Of a stretch of DNA of 64,000 nt, positions 1-11,876 are shown piece after piece. Position 1 is the stretch's first letter; the number at the start of each line of letters is the position of its first letter. The notes under the pieces were generated by a model. It was not told where the DNA came from, did no database searches, and saw only the letters and a list, made by a program, of their open reading frames with translations. This DNA is from Lama glama (Eukaryota): NCBI GenBank assembly GCA_028534125.1, contig CM052830.1, forward strand, positions 20,770,001 to 20,834,000, given 5' to 3'. A program made the position numbers and the translations under genes.

Positions 1-1410
1 CCAGACAGGTGTGCTTCCAGGGCCTGTGCTCTAACCCTGCTGTTGGGTATGTGGGTTCTGGGGTCTGCTCTGAGTCGTCTGTTGGGGGATGACCCTGTGA
101 GAGGAAGAGTCCGTTTAGGGAACAGACACGTGTGAGTCAGTGCCAGAGCTCTGCAGTATCTGTGTGAATGGAAAAGTACTCATCATGTTTCCTTAAGATG
201 CAAATATGGTGGGGGAAATGAACGGCTTGGTTTATTTATATGTAGAGTACTTACCAAATTCCCCTAAATTTACTTGGAGGGTGGGGGTTTCCTCTCTGGC
301 TTGACAGCACCTGTCATCTTCCTCCCTTGGGAAACTAGTAAGTGACTGTCACTCCTCCACCTTTAAGCAGGGACCTAAGCTTCTTTTTTGCTGTTCATCT
401 CCCTATCTCTTCCTGCCCTGGGGGGCAGGCTGCGCTGCCTGTGAGTTGGGCACAGTTCTAGGGCGATTTTTCCGAACTTGCTTATTACTTGTGCCTTCTC
501 TGAGGCCAGAGGGGTCTCAGCTTTGGGAAGAAGCTGGAAGTGCCTTCGTCAAGAAGTGGGTGTCCATGGCAGCTACCAGCCTAGGAGGCCGGGAAGCCCT
601 GGCCTGCTGCATCCTCTGTGAGCAGCACTGTGACAATGCCAGCGTCGGCTGAGTACTCTTCCTGTGTGTCAGTTCCTGTTCTAGGTCCTTCACATCCGTT
701 AATCCACCCAGCATCTTGTGAAATAGGTACTGTTAGTATCTGCAACATTGTCCTTATTAGCTTACTGGCAGCTCAGTAAAGAGAACTTGGACTGGAAGCT
801 GATGGAGAATGATTTAGAACTGTCCTCTTTTGGTACTTGCTGTAAGCTTAGAAGTTGAGCCAGAGTAATCCTAGAAGAGGTGAGCCTGGAGCTGAATCTC
901 AAAGAAAAGGTAGGTCAGAGCTTCACAAGTGAAAGGCTCTCTGGGCAGGGGAAATCGCTTGAGCAGAAGCAAGAAAGAACCTTACAAGTGCAGGAGAGAA
1001 TGATGAGACTGGTCTTGCTCCAGTGGAGTAGGCATGTGAGGAAGAAGAGCAGAGAAGGCTGCCAAGGTGGAAAAGCCTCTTTGATAAGTAGAGTTTGGCC
1101 CTAATAGGTCTCACAGTGAGAACAGTTAAGTGTTCTTGGTCAGAAAGCAATGTTCTGGCAACAGTGTTATGTGGAACAAGATCTGGGCGAACTACTTAGT
1201 GAAAGGATCCAGCAGATGAAGTGACACTAGGGTGTGGGGCAATGGGAATGCCACCTGTAGACCTGGCCTGCAGTGGATTTTGTCCCCCTCTGGAACCTGG
1301 CACCATCAAGAACTCTGAGGGCAACAGGTGCCAAGAGGCACTTGTCTGGTAATGGCTCAGGGGTTTTGGCAAGCCTGCGTCTGATAATGCTTCTTTACCT
1401 TCTGTTCCAG

Positions 1411-1628
1411 GTTGAATCCCAAAAATGTTCACCAGAGGCCTACAGTGGCCCTGCTCTGTGGACCCCATGTGAAGGGGGCTCAGGGTATCAGCTGTGGAAG
1501 GCACCTAGCCAACCATGATGTCCAGGTCATCCTCTTCCTGCCCAACTTTGTGAAGATGCTGGAATCCATCACCAACGAGCTCTCTCTCTTCAGCAAGACC
1601 CAAGGGCAACAAGTGTCTAGCCTCAAAG
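1411..1628 (+). CDS. EDC3: EDC3 penultimate coding exon (YjeF_N domain)
   Basis: ttctgttccAG|GTTG acceptor and AAAG|GTGAG donor. Encodes (R)LNPKNVHQRPTVALLCGPHVKGAQGISCGRHLANHDVQVILFLPNFVKMLESITNELSLFSKTQGQQVSSLK, recognised as EDC3. Confidence 0.97.
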
Positions 1629-1839
1629 GTGAGCACTTTGCTTGCGCAGGGCAGGGCTGAGGCCTCCTCCCTCCTTGGTGGTTTCGTGGTCTGTCGGTGC
1701 CGCCCAGTGGTGATGGGTGGAAAAGCACCATGAGTGTAAAGAGTGAGGAGTTTAGTGTATAACGAAATCAACTCGCCTACTCCCTGTCCCTTCACAATCC
1801 TCCTCTCCTGCTACTCAGTTGGAGAGCTGGGGGCCCGTT

Positions 1840-3090
1840 TGTTCATTTCACAGATATTTACATAATAGGCACTGTTCCTGACACTGGTGATATGGAGATA
1901 GTTTTTTGGGTTTTTTTAAATCCATGCTTCTGTGGAACTGAACATTCTGGTTAGGACAAACAGCATGTCAGTAATAACATTTCTGGCAGGTCAGATAGTA
2001 GCACGTGTTACGGAGACGAGCAGGGAAGGGAGACAGAGAATGCTGGGGGGTGGGCAGGCGTAGCAGACTTAGACGTTGCAGGGTCTGGTCTTAAGGGGCC
2101 TGTGGATCACAGTAAAGGTTTGACCTTTTACTCTGGGTGAGGTGGAGAGTCACTGGAGGAATAAGTACAAGAAAGGTACAGTCCCACTCAGCTTCCAAAT
2201 GATCATTATGAGTCTGGTTTGAGAGTAGACTGTAGGTTTACTAAGGAGAGGTATTAAGAGGCTACTGTGGGGGAGGGTATAGCTCAGTGGTAGAGTGCGT
2301 GCTTGGCATGCATGAGGCCCTGGGTTCAGTCCCCAGTACCTTCATTTAAATAAATAAATAACCAATACCCCTCCCCCAACCAAAGAGGCTGTCGTGATAA
2401 ATTGGAGAGAAATGGTGGCTACGATAGCATGGTAATGGTAGAAATGGTAAAAGGTGATTAGTCTCTGAATCAGTTTTGAAGATAAGAGTCTACAGATTGG
2501 CTGTAGAGGATGAGAGAAAGAGGATGATTAAGAATAACTCCAAGGTGTTTGGCCTGAGTAACTGGAAGGATGAAGGACGGTATCATCACTGAGATGGGAA
2601 GAGTTGTGGGGGAGGTTTTGGGGAAAAGAACAGAAGCTTAGAGATGCCTGTTGGATATACAGGTGGAAATGTTGATATAGATGAATCTGGAGTTAAGTGA
2701 AGAGATCCAGTCTGGAGTTACAAGTATGTGGGTGGTATTTAAAACCATAATGAGCCTGGACAAGTTACCTCCTAGGAAGAGGGAGTAGATAGAGATGTTG
2801 TTAGACTGAGTTCTTAGTACAGAAGTCAGGAACTTGAGAGACCAGCTAAGGAGACAGGGAAAGAGTGGTCAGTGAAAGAGAAGAAAAACCAGGGTCTGGT
2901 ACCTGAAAGGCAAGTAAAGAGAGGAAGGTGTGATCAGCTGTATCAGCAAGCCATTCTAGGTTAAGTTCAAATGCAGACTGAGACTTGACTAGTGGATTTA
3001 GCAGTGTGGAAGCCCCTCATGATCCTGACAGTTTCAAGTGGAGTGGTGGGGCAGAGTTTGATTAGAGTGGGATTAAGTGAGAACAGTGGA
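1840..3090 (-). mobile_element. Old LINE-2 fragment (interrupted by a SINE)
   Basis: L2-like phrases in reverse orientation (ttcatttcacagatattta...ggcactgttc; aactccaaggtgtttggcctgagtaactggaagg; gagatgcctgttggatatacaggtggaaatgttg). Boundaries approximate. Confidence 0.7.
2270..2382 (+). mobile_element. tRNA-Ala-derived SINE, vic-1-like (camelid)
   Basis: Head GGGGAGGGTATAGCTCAGTGGTAGAGTGCGTGCTTGGCATGCATGAGGCCCTGGGTTCAGTCCCCAGTACC with A and B boxes, then (TAAA)n. Degenerate target-site duplication aagaggctactgtg (2256-2269) / aagaggctgtcgtg (2383-2396). Confidence 0.85.
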
Positions 3091-4179
3091 GTTAGAAGTG
3101 GAGAGAGCCAATATGGCCCAAAGAAAGGGCCTTGCCAGGGATCACATGGCAAATTGGGGCCAGACCTGGGCCAGAACCTCAGTCTCCTACCTGCAGACTC
3201 CTGTGGGCATGCAGAAGATAAGATGCCACTCCCACTCTTGAGATCCTCAGGGCCCACAGGGACACCACCCTCCTGCCCATAGGGGCCCCTTCTGAGTAAG
3301 GAAACCATGAGTCTCTAATTGAGAAATAGTGTTACTTTAGACTGGTACCTGGGAAGGTGTTCTGGTATGTGGGCTCCCTCTCTTGAGATGTAAAACATGA
3401 TGCCCTTTTCCAGGCAGTTCTTCGTCTGGCTGCCCAAAAGCCTTCCCATCCCAACTGCTCCAGGAGGCAGGTCTGAGGATACTACTCTTGAGTTTGGTCT
3501 GATTTCTGCTGTTCTGAGTTTAACTTCTCAGGCTGGTCAAGACATACATACTTTTTGAGATGTCTGTTCTTATACTGTCTCAGAGGCCTGGTTAGAGCAG
3601 AGAAGCCTTTATAAAGACCTGGGAGAAGTAGTCAGTTCCTTCCCCATTCTTAAGGTTTGTCTGAAGAAGGACCCATTTCCGTGAGATAGTGAAAGGGGCC
3701 AACAAGGCCAGCCTGGGGTAGAGTGAGTGAGCATGCTCTTGCCCATCAGCAAATGGCATCAGCCCATTTCTCCTGGGTCCTGGGCACAGCCTCCCCGTGA
3801 GGGCTGACTTGGCAATAGAGCCCACCTTCCCAAAGCTCATAATTTACCAGGGAGTTAGTCAGATGTGCAGCCGAGTCAATGGCCTTGAATGTCCCAAGAA
3901 ACTCTGCACACCCAGCAGGATAGTGCTTGGAGCCTAGGAGCTCCATGAAGACAGTGGTCCATTGAGCTGACCAACGCCCTTGGTCTTGGAACTCAGCTCA
4001 GCCAGGCCTTGGAAATTCCCAGGCCTGAGTCCCAGCCCCGCTTTGAGAAGGCTGCCCTCTGGAGGGGCACTGGAGTGGTGTCTGAACAAGATGTACTTGG
4101 AGCCACCGAGATTCTAGTCCCAGCCTGGGCTGCTCTCTACTTTATAGGGGTTTTCAGATGACACTCTTTCCACCTGCAG

Positions 4180-4514
4180 ATCTGCCCACTAGCCCCGTGG
4201 ACCTGGTGATCAACTGCCTGGATTGCCCTGAGAACGCCTTCCTGCGAGATCAGCCCTGGTACAAGGCAGCTGTGGCATGGGCCAACCAGAACCGGGCACC
4301 AGTACTCAGCATAGACCCTCCTGTGCATGAAGTAGAACAGGGCATCGATGCCAAGTGGTCACTGGCTCTGGGCCTGCCTCTGCCTCTGGGGGAGCACGCG
4401 GGCCGTGTCTACTTGTGCGACATCGGCATTCCTCAGCAGGTATTCCAGGAGGTGGGCATCAACTACCACTCACCCTTTGGGTGCAAGTTTGTCATCCCAC
4501 TGCACTCTGCCTAG
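4180..4514 (+). CDS. EDC3: EDC3 last coding exon
   Basis: ccacctgcAG|AT acceptor, in phase with the previous exon (G|AT = Asp). Encodes DLPTSPVDLVINCLDCPEN...GINYHSPFGCKFVIPLHSA then TAG, the EDC3 C-terminus. Confidence 0.97.
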
Positions 4515-6605
4515 AGGGGCTCTGGGCAGGCTGGACCCTGCAGTCCCCTGCTGCTCCTTACACTGAACTTGACAACGAACGCCTTAAGGATTTGAAGCTT
4601 CATGGACCTTGTTAAAATTTTTTCTTTTGGGTTTGTTTGTTCTATGAGAGAACAGATCATATTTAAAACTGACCTGTCACCTGCCCTTAGCCAGGGAAGG
4701 CTTTCCCACTGGGTGTGCAGGGCGGGTGGCAGGCTGAGTGTGCACCGTGGCTCCAGGCATCTCTACACCCTGCCCCCTGTGTGGCCAGGTGGGGCTTTGT
4801 TTACAGACTTAGGCAGCTCTGACTGTGTTTCAGGTTTACGGCCGCTGGGCCTGGGCGAGCACCTCAAGGGGTGGGGCAGTCCTGTTTGGAGGCCTGTGCT
4901 CGCTCTGTTCCAGAGCTTGTGGCTTTGCCTCCCCTGCTTCCCCGCAGCCAGGCAGCCCTTCCTCTGATCATGTAGAACTGGCTGCGCCGTGTTGTCCACT
5001 AGAGGGCAGACTTGCGCTCTCCATTCAATGTGAGGGCTTTGAGGCCTTCCCTGAGCCCCACCACAAGATCATTTGGGGGCTTTTGACCCTTTGTCCCGAG
5101 CTGATCCAGGTTTTATGCTGGGTTTTTTATTTTTTTTCCAAGAGTCCTTCCTCCTTTCCACTCCATTGCTCTGAGAGGCAGGGAAGGGGGTGGCATCAGA
5201 ATGGTTTTACTATATTGGGATTTTTTGTGGTTTTTTGGTTGTCTTCAGCACAGGTAGTGTAAGGTTATGTTACGGCAGAACCACAGTGCCCACCTTGCCA
5301 GCAGTGCCCCCCAACCCCATACTCTCTAGCTGGGGGCTGAGCCTTTGCCTAGACGGGCCAGACCCCTCAGGGTGCAGGTTTATTGTTCAGTACTGGGGAG
5401 GCCCCTGGGGGAGCCTGGTGCTGAGCCAGAAGAGGCTCCCTGGTGCTTCTGTCCTAGGCCAACACTCCCCCTCACCTCCTTGCCTACACACACATAGCCG
5501 CATTTTCTTCTGCCCTTCCCCTGAAATGGTCCTCTGCAGCTGTGATCCCAGAGTAGGGCTCCACCCTGGCTTTCACAGTACCTGGGCCTTGAACCCTTTA
5601 TGATTGTCCTCTCTAGATAAGTAGGCTCAGGGCCAGCACCCTGTCTCAAGGTTGCCAAAATGAGGCCAGTTCTGGATAAGCTAGCTGGTGGGGCTCAGCC
5701 TTAGGAACACTGCTGCTCGGATCCTAAGGCAGAGCCCCAGAACGCTTGCAGGCCTGGGCCCGGGAGGCTGGTAGCCGTGCCCTAGAGTTCCTGGGAGGGG
5801 CCCTTACAAAAGGCTTGTGCTTTAAAGCCTTTTTCAGGGCGCTAGGCTTCCTTCTGCTCTGTGCTCAATCTGTTAAGGGGGTGAATGGAAGGGCTTGCCA
5901 AGAATCACGGACACAGGGTAGGCCCTGATAACATGGGTTTCAGGCTACTTACCACTTTTCTTACAGGAGCATAGCCAGGAACAGATGAGGCAGGGCAGAG
6001 AGGGCTGGTCCCTCTCTTCCTCCCATCCTCCTTCCTTCAAATGTAAAATTGTTTCCAGCAGTGGAAGAAGGCCAGCAACTGTGAATCCTGCGCTGTGTAT
6101 CCTTCCTGAGCCTCTGCTCATTCTCAGGGCCAAGAAGCTCCAAAAATGGGGCCCTCTCTTTAGAGGCAGGGCCGTAATCTGAGGAGCAGTGCTGGATTAC
6201 AGACATTCTGGTAAGCAACCATTTAAACAGGTTCTGGCTGCCTGTTGATGCCGTTAGGCCCCCTGATTGGGTACAGTGAAAAATGATGTAGAAGACTGCC
6301 CGCTCCAGTAAGTCACAGTGGCCCTGGAGGTAACGGCCTTGTTGAGGGGCCACTGGGAGTTGATGCCCAAGCCTCTCCCTCTTCCCAGGTGGCACTGGAG
6401 CCTCTTCCTGCCCTCAGCCTGGGCCTTCCCCAGTGGTAGTAAAGATAAGCATGATTCCTCTATCTTCAGCTCCCCCTAGAGGCGTCCTGCCCACAGTGCC
6501 CAATCCCCAAGGGGCCCCAGTTAGGTGGCCAAGACTATCACTCATGCAGCTCTTGGGGAACCAAAAACCAGCACTAAAATAAAGCTGAATGACGGAGTCC
6601 TGTGC
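4515..6605 (+). other. EDC3: EDC3 3' UTR (end approximate)
   Basis: Runs from the stop codon to the first AATAAA I found (6578-6583), followed by GT-rich ctgtgctctgtggt. Confidence 0.75.
6578..6583 (+). terminator. EDC3: EDC3 polyadenylation signal AATAAA
   Basis: gcactaaAATAAAgctg with a downstream GU-rich tract. Confidence 0.75.
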
Positions 6606-7084
6606 TCTGTGGTAAATTGCTGTGTAGGCCGAGGAGAGGTGCTGCCTCGCCAGCCCTAGGAGCCTGCCTTGATTCTCTCACGCTCGACAGCCTTCAGTAA
6701 ACTAGAGCTATTGGGCACGTACAGCCCAACAGCAACCAGTCCCAGCGAGTGACAAGGCCGGAAAGATAGCAAGTGCTGCCTGGCTAACTGCAGCAGGCCA
6801 TTCCCCTTAGATTCCTTGGGGCTGAGAGGTGCAGGGGGCAGCAGAGGGGGAAGGGGCGGGGCAGGGCCTGGGTGCCTTTTAGGGCTACTCAGACCTGCCG
6901 CCTCGTGGGACACCCGAGCTGCTTGTCTTCATGGCTAGCCCTTCTGTGCCTGGCCCCGTCCACACTTAGCTCTCCACAAGCTGAACTGCTAAGAAAGACT
7001 TTATTAATAAGGTAGGGAAGGGAGAAGGCAAGGAGCCTGCAGACGGACACACTGGTACCAGGGATTACAAACAGTAAGAAACAC

Positions 7085-7090
7085 TTTATT
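7085..7090 (-). terminator. CLK3: CLK3 polyadenylation signal (a second AATAAA lies at 7000-7005)
   Basis: TTTATT on + is AATAAA on -, followed on the - strand by U/GU-rich gtgtttcttactgtttgt. Confidence 0.8.
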
Positions 7091-7287
7091 TTAACTTTAC
7101 AACATATAAATAGCTTGGGTCAAATCTGTGCTTTCTGACAGCTGGGCATCAAGTCTCCTCCCCTGCAGGTTCCTGCCTTCCTTCACATTGCACTGTTCAT
7201 TGGGTGGCTCTGGCCCTGGGGCCGGTGGTAGAGGTTGGAGAAAAGGGGCCTGGGCAGCCCAGTCCCACTCTCCGTCTCCTGGTGCGG

Positions 7288-7507
7288 NNNNNNNNNNNNN
7301 NNNNNNNNNNNNNNNNNNNNNNNNNNNNNNNNNNNNNNNNNNNNNNNNNNNNNNNNNNNNNNNNNNNNNNNNNNNNNNNNNNNNNNNNNNNNNNNNNNNN
7401 NNNNNNNNNNNNNNNNNNNNNNNNNNNNNNNNNNNNNNNNNNNNNNNNNNNNNNNNNNNNNNNNNNNNNNNNNNNNNNNNNNNNNNNNNNNNNNNNNNNN
7501 NNNNNNN
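7288..7507. other. Assembly gap expected to contain the last CLK3 coding exon
   Basis: 220 Ns between CLK3 3' UTR sequence and the last intron. The kinase C-terminus after ...NCKPLK is not found elsewhere in the window. Confidence 0.8.
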
Positions 7508-8121
7508 ATGGCAGGGTCATGGAAAGCCACAGCAGGTCCCCTTGTCCAGGAAGCCTTGCTGCACAGTTGAGGAGGCAATGATGCCTCCCTGGAGGACTAC
7601 TTCTGCTCTCCTGGATAATGAGAAGGTCTTGTCTTTTCATGCTTGGAATAATGTTTGCTCTCAGCTTATCAGGCTACTGAGTGTCTCACTGGCTTGGTGC
7701 CTCTGCCCCCACATATAAAGTCCTGACAGGTGGCTAGAAATCACCTCTGCAAAATTCACTTGTCCAAGCACCAAATGCAGCTGACAGAGGCTTCCTGGCC
7801 ATGCCTAGGTCTTCCCTCCCCCTCAATTCAGTCCTGCCTAGTTCTTCCTAAAGTTGAGAGGAGATGAGGCAGGAAGTGGCAGGGTCTCTGACAGCTCTGG
7901 CTCTTCTGGTGTCCCCAGTTACACTCACAGCCACCCCATGGGGGGTGGGAGGGCTAAGGGCCCCTCTGGGGCGGTCTGCAAGGAGCCCCACTGCCAGCAC
8001 CCAGCAGCCACGGCTGCAGCCTCCCACAGAGCCGGAGAGCTGCCTGGCCTGTCTCTCTGTGTGTCTGCCCAGTGTCTGGGGCCTCCTTGGCCTGAGCTGA
8101 GCTGAGGGGCCAGAAACTGAC

Positions 8122-8212
8122 CTTCAGAGGCTTGCAGTTCTCCTTCACATACCGGCCGTCAGAGCTGTTCTCATCCCAAACCAGGCCCCCTTTGTAGAAA
8201 TACTTCTGCTTC
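8122..8212 (-). CDS. CLK3: CLK3 exon 12
   Basis: ttttcAG|G acceptor, AAG|GTCAGT donor; [30 protein letters not shown]. Confidence 0.96.
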
Positions 8213-8468
8213 CTGAAAATGGAAGGATGGGAAGGGGTCAACTCTAGGTGAGAAAGATGGCAGCTGCTTGGGGAATGGCAGCAGAGCCAGACAGGGATTC
8301 TGGGCAACAGGCTGCCACATCACTTAGAGTGGGGCACAGGGAAGGCTGCTGTAAGCCTGGAGGAGCCATGGGCTATCCTGCAAAGGCGACCTAGTAGCTT
8401 GCTGACCCACAGCCAAGACAAGAAAGGCACCAAGGCCGGCCCTGAAGGGAGCTACCAGGGCTCCTTAC

Positions 8469-8548
8469 CTGGTGCGGTGGATCATGTGTGATGGGATGGG
8501 CCCTAGGATCTTCTCCATCATCACCAAATGCTCTCGGTTTTCATGGGT
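8469..8548 (-). CDS. CLK3: CLK3 exon 11 ([17 protein letters not shown] motif)
   Basis: ccacAG| acceptor, AG|GTAAGG donor; [27 protein letters not shown]. Confidence 0.97.
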
Positions 8549-9064
8549 CTGTGGAAGGTTAGGGATAGAGCAAGCAGAGGTCAGTGCTAGCCTCAGCCTC
8601 CTTGGAGAATAAGGGACAAAAAAGATGGGCAAGTGCCCTCCCTGCCCCAGGAGATGCAAATCCACCAATGGAACAGCAGTCCCAGCCTTTCTGACCTGGG
8701 GGCAGCCTGGGGCCAGGGGTGAGGCAGCCTGGTCTTAGGGTCAGGTGGACCCCATGACTGCACACCTCTTTTTGCTTACATTCCTCTCTCTATCCCCAGA
8801 AGATGCCCTGCCCCAGCCCATCTCCATGCTCTCACTCACACTGTGCCCCTTGCCTGGAAGGCTCACTCCTCCCACCCCAGCCTTCCATCCTTGATGGCTG
8901 ATGGCAAGAGTCCCTGACTATCCCAACAAGGCTGGTCTCTTGCTTCCCCTGAGCATCTACGACCCTCAGGAGTCAGTCTCACAACATGCGGACGTGTCAC
9001 AAAGCTGACTAGTGGGTGGTGGAAGGCATTCCAGGGCAGTGGGACGATGTGGGAGAGGCCTTAC

Positions 9065-9147
9065 CTGGAAGAGTGTGAAGCCCCGGTAGTACTCAAAGAG
9101 AATGCAGCCAATACTCCAGACATCACAGGGCTGTGCCCAGCCCAGCT
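9065..9147 (-). CDS. CLK3: CLK3 exon 10
   Basis: ttcAG| acceptor, CAG|GTAAGG donor; (E)[27 protein letters not shown] (kinase subdomain IX). Confidence 0.96.
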
Positions 9148-9400
9148 CTGAAAGTCAAGACAGGAGAGGCTATGAGATTCAGCACTGAGCTCCCAGCCTA
9201 GAGGTCACAGGGCAGCTACCACACTGGCTGGCAAGACTCTTGCCCAGAATCCAGTAGAGGCCCCTTTCTTGGAAAAGCCAAGTCAACAGCTACCATGACT
9301 CCTAACATTGGCCCCAGGTGGCAGACAGGCCCCTCACTCCCTCTGTTCGTACTCTCCCAACGACTGCCCGCTTTATCAGGGTTGGGAACTATACACTCAC

Positions 9401-9530
9401 CAAGAATCACCTCGGGTGGGCGATAGTGACGGGTGGCCACGATAGTCGTGTGATGCTCATGGTCAAAGGTAGCACTGCCAAAGTCAGCCACTCGGATGCT
9501 GGTGTTCTTCACCGACTTCTCCTCACAGCT
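9401..9530 (-). CDS. CLK3: CLK3 exon 9 (DFG and activation loop)
   Basis: ccttcAG| acceptor, TTG|GTGAGT donor; [43 protein letters not shown]. Confidence 0.97.
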
Positions 9531-9622
9531 CTGAAGGGCAAGGAGGGCGAGCCAGGTCAGGAGTCCGTCCTGGTGGGTAGCCCACTCCTGGAGCAGGGCC
9601 TCTCTCTTTCCCCCAACAATAC

Positions 9623-9717
9623 CTTGTGCTCATTGTAGAGGGTTTCAAACTCAGAATTCACGAACAGGATGTTCTCTGGCTTCAAGTCTGTGTGGGTCAG
9701 CTGGTTCTCGTGTAGAA
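9623..9717 (-). CDS. CLK3: CLK3 exon 8 (HTDLKPEN catalytic loop)
   Basis: ccAG| acceptor, AAG|GTATTG donor; (F)[31 protein letters not shown]. Confidence 0.97.
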
Positions 9718-10047
9718 CTGGCGAAGCAGGAGAGGAGGGAAGCAAACACTGAGCACTTGGGCTTCCTCTCTGGCCCGCTCGCCAGCGCTGGGCCAGACGC
9801 CTCCTCCAGAGCCAGCCTGCCCGAGCCCCTGAGCCCCCAGCCTCAGGAGCGGGCCAAGCGTACAGGTTGGACTGCCTCTGCGCTGGCTTCCCTCTCAGGA
9901 GTTTTCTGTGCCCAGGGCCTCGGAGGGTTCTGATACTTGAGAAGAAGGGCTGAGGGAGACTTCTTTCATTTAGAAAACCTCCCTCCACCTGTGTGCGGGG
10001 GACCAGACCTCCTCAGCCTGTCTCTCACCAAAGCTTCACCCTCTCCC

Positions 10048-10195
10048 CAGCACCAGCTACATAATTTGTGAGGCCCAGGGCAAAATGGAAATGTAGGTCC
10101 CCTTATTCAAGTTAGTACAACTCTCAAGATGGCAGCAGCAGAGCATTAAACCGAGCACAGGGCCACCTATGAAGCACAGCCATGAAGCCAGCCCC
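10048..10195 (-). mobile_element. MER91A-like hAT DNA transposon
   Basis: Reverse complement reads gggctggcttcatgg...ggtttaatgctctgctgctgccatcttg...ttttgccctgggcctcacaaattatgtagctggtgctg, matching the MER91A consensus as I recall it. Confidence 0.7.
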
Positions 10196-10944
10196 GCCTC
10201 TCCTCACCCCAGCCCTCAGCAGTGGTGGGAGGAGGAGTCTGGCTTTTTCTTCCAAGCTCTGTCCCACTCCCACTGAGGTGGTACCCTGCCACTTGTCACT
10301 TTTCCCATCTGGCACTCAAGACCCTCACAGTGGTGTGGCCCATCTCTCCTAACATAGGCCCTCTCTTGACCAGAGTGAGTTTCAGCACTTGCCAGGCTCT
10401 GGGCGTCACTGAGCAGCTCACCTTGCTTGGAATGCCCTCCCCTGTCCCGTCCATCTATGCAGACCCTGCAGTCTAGCTCTGAGTCTATTCGTCGCCTCTC
10501 CGAGGAGCCTTTCTGACCTGTTCCAACCACTGCAGACCACACACAGGCACCACCAGATAAGTTCTTAAAAGGCTGGCAGACAGATGGAAAGTGATGGTGA
10601 GACAGAGGGTGTCTGTGTGGACAGGACCTGTGGGTGGGGTCTACCAGGTCAGTCTTCAGCCTTGTCATCCTGTGCAGGGAGGGTAGCTGGCCTAACTCTA
10701 CAGCAGCTCTTCCCGCCCCCTACCGAGTGCCTGGGGCAGAGGCCAGCTCAGGAGGTCCCTGGAGAGGACTCTCCATCCTCACAGATTCCTACCTGAAGGC
10801 TTTTCAGCCAAAGGGGTCCTGGTGTCTCGGGCCCAGCAGAACAGTTAGCAATACGCTGGAGCGAATTGGGGAAAGCGAGACCACCAGGTGACTTTGCTGC
10901 AGATACATGGATGCCCCATGCTCCTTTTGAGGGCGGAAACTTAC

Positions 10945-11111
10945 ATCTAAGGGCGTGGCAGAGCTGGTAGGCCATGTGCCGGACATGTGGTAGGGGGTAA
11001 GGCTGGAAGTTATTCTCCTTCAGGAACTCAAAGGTATTCTTGCCCAGAAGCTCAAAGGCGATGCACATGTGACCGTGGAAGTTGAACCAGTCAGACATCA
11101 GGACGCACAGG
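10945..11111 (-). CDS. CLK3: CLK3 exon 7
   Basis: ccAG|C acceptor, GAT|GTAAGT donor; (F)[55 protein letters not shown]. Confidence 0.97.
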
Positions 11112-11759
11112 CTGGAGGTCAAGGACGGGGCGGGGCTCAGGCTCCATGCTGGGGGCTAGCTGCCCCAGCCCTCCCCCTCGAGTGAAGCCAGTCCCCATTC
11201 CCTCCCAGGCCACTGGGTCACACACCAGGAGACCAGTACACGTGAAGACAGAACTGTGGGCATAACCCCTGCATCTCAGAGAAAAAGATGGAGTAACTCC
11301 AATACACTCCACAGAACTAGTGTTGCTTCTTTCAGCTCCCAGCTGAGCTTCCTGAGTCTGCAGGGCTCGGCACAGTGCTTGCAGAAGAGGAAATGTTCAG
11401 CATCTGTGCCACAGGCAGTTCTCCTTTGGACAGCTCTGACTACACGAGAACCCCAAACAGCTTCAGGCTTGTATCTTGTCTAATGTCCACCACAGCCCAG
11501 TGAGGCTCCCAGTTCACAAATGCAGGGCTAGGAGGCCGCCCTCAGAACACAGTGCTGGTTGTGGTGGAGGCTGGACTGAAACCCAAAGGTTCCCTGAAGC
11601 AAGACTCATCGCCAAACTCCCTGGGCTCGGTGCAGGGAGAAGGCGGGGGTGCCAGCCAGGTCAAAGGGTACTGCTCAGCCCCAGGGGGTTAGGGCAGTGG
11701 GGGCTGGAGTGGACACTGTCCCCCTGGAAGCTTCCCTCCCATTCCACGCCAGCACTCAC

Positions 11760-11876
11760 AACTTGTTCTCTTTGTCCTTCTCCTTAATCTTTTTGAGCAC
11801 GTTGATCTCCAGCCGGGCGGCCTCCCGGTACTTGCCCACGTTGCGGATGATCTTCAGGGCAACCTGAGACTTCCCT
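11760..11876 (-). CDS. CLK3: CLK3 exon 6 (VALK catalytic lysine)
   Basis: cccAG|A acceptor, GTT|GTGAGT donor; [38 protein letters not shown]. Confidence 0.97.

Noticed and set aside
2270-2345. Possible tRNA-Ala gene
   Set aside because: It has an AT-rich tail, a target-site duplication and an imperfect acceptor stem, so it is a SINE head rather than a tRNA gene.
7128-7718. Long ORFs crossing N runs (also 14003-14935 and 60666-60980)
   Set aside because: Artefacts of translating assembly gaps as X.
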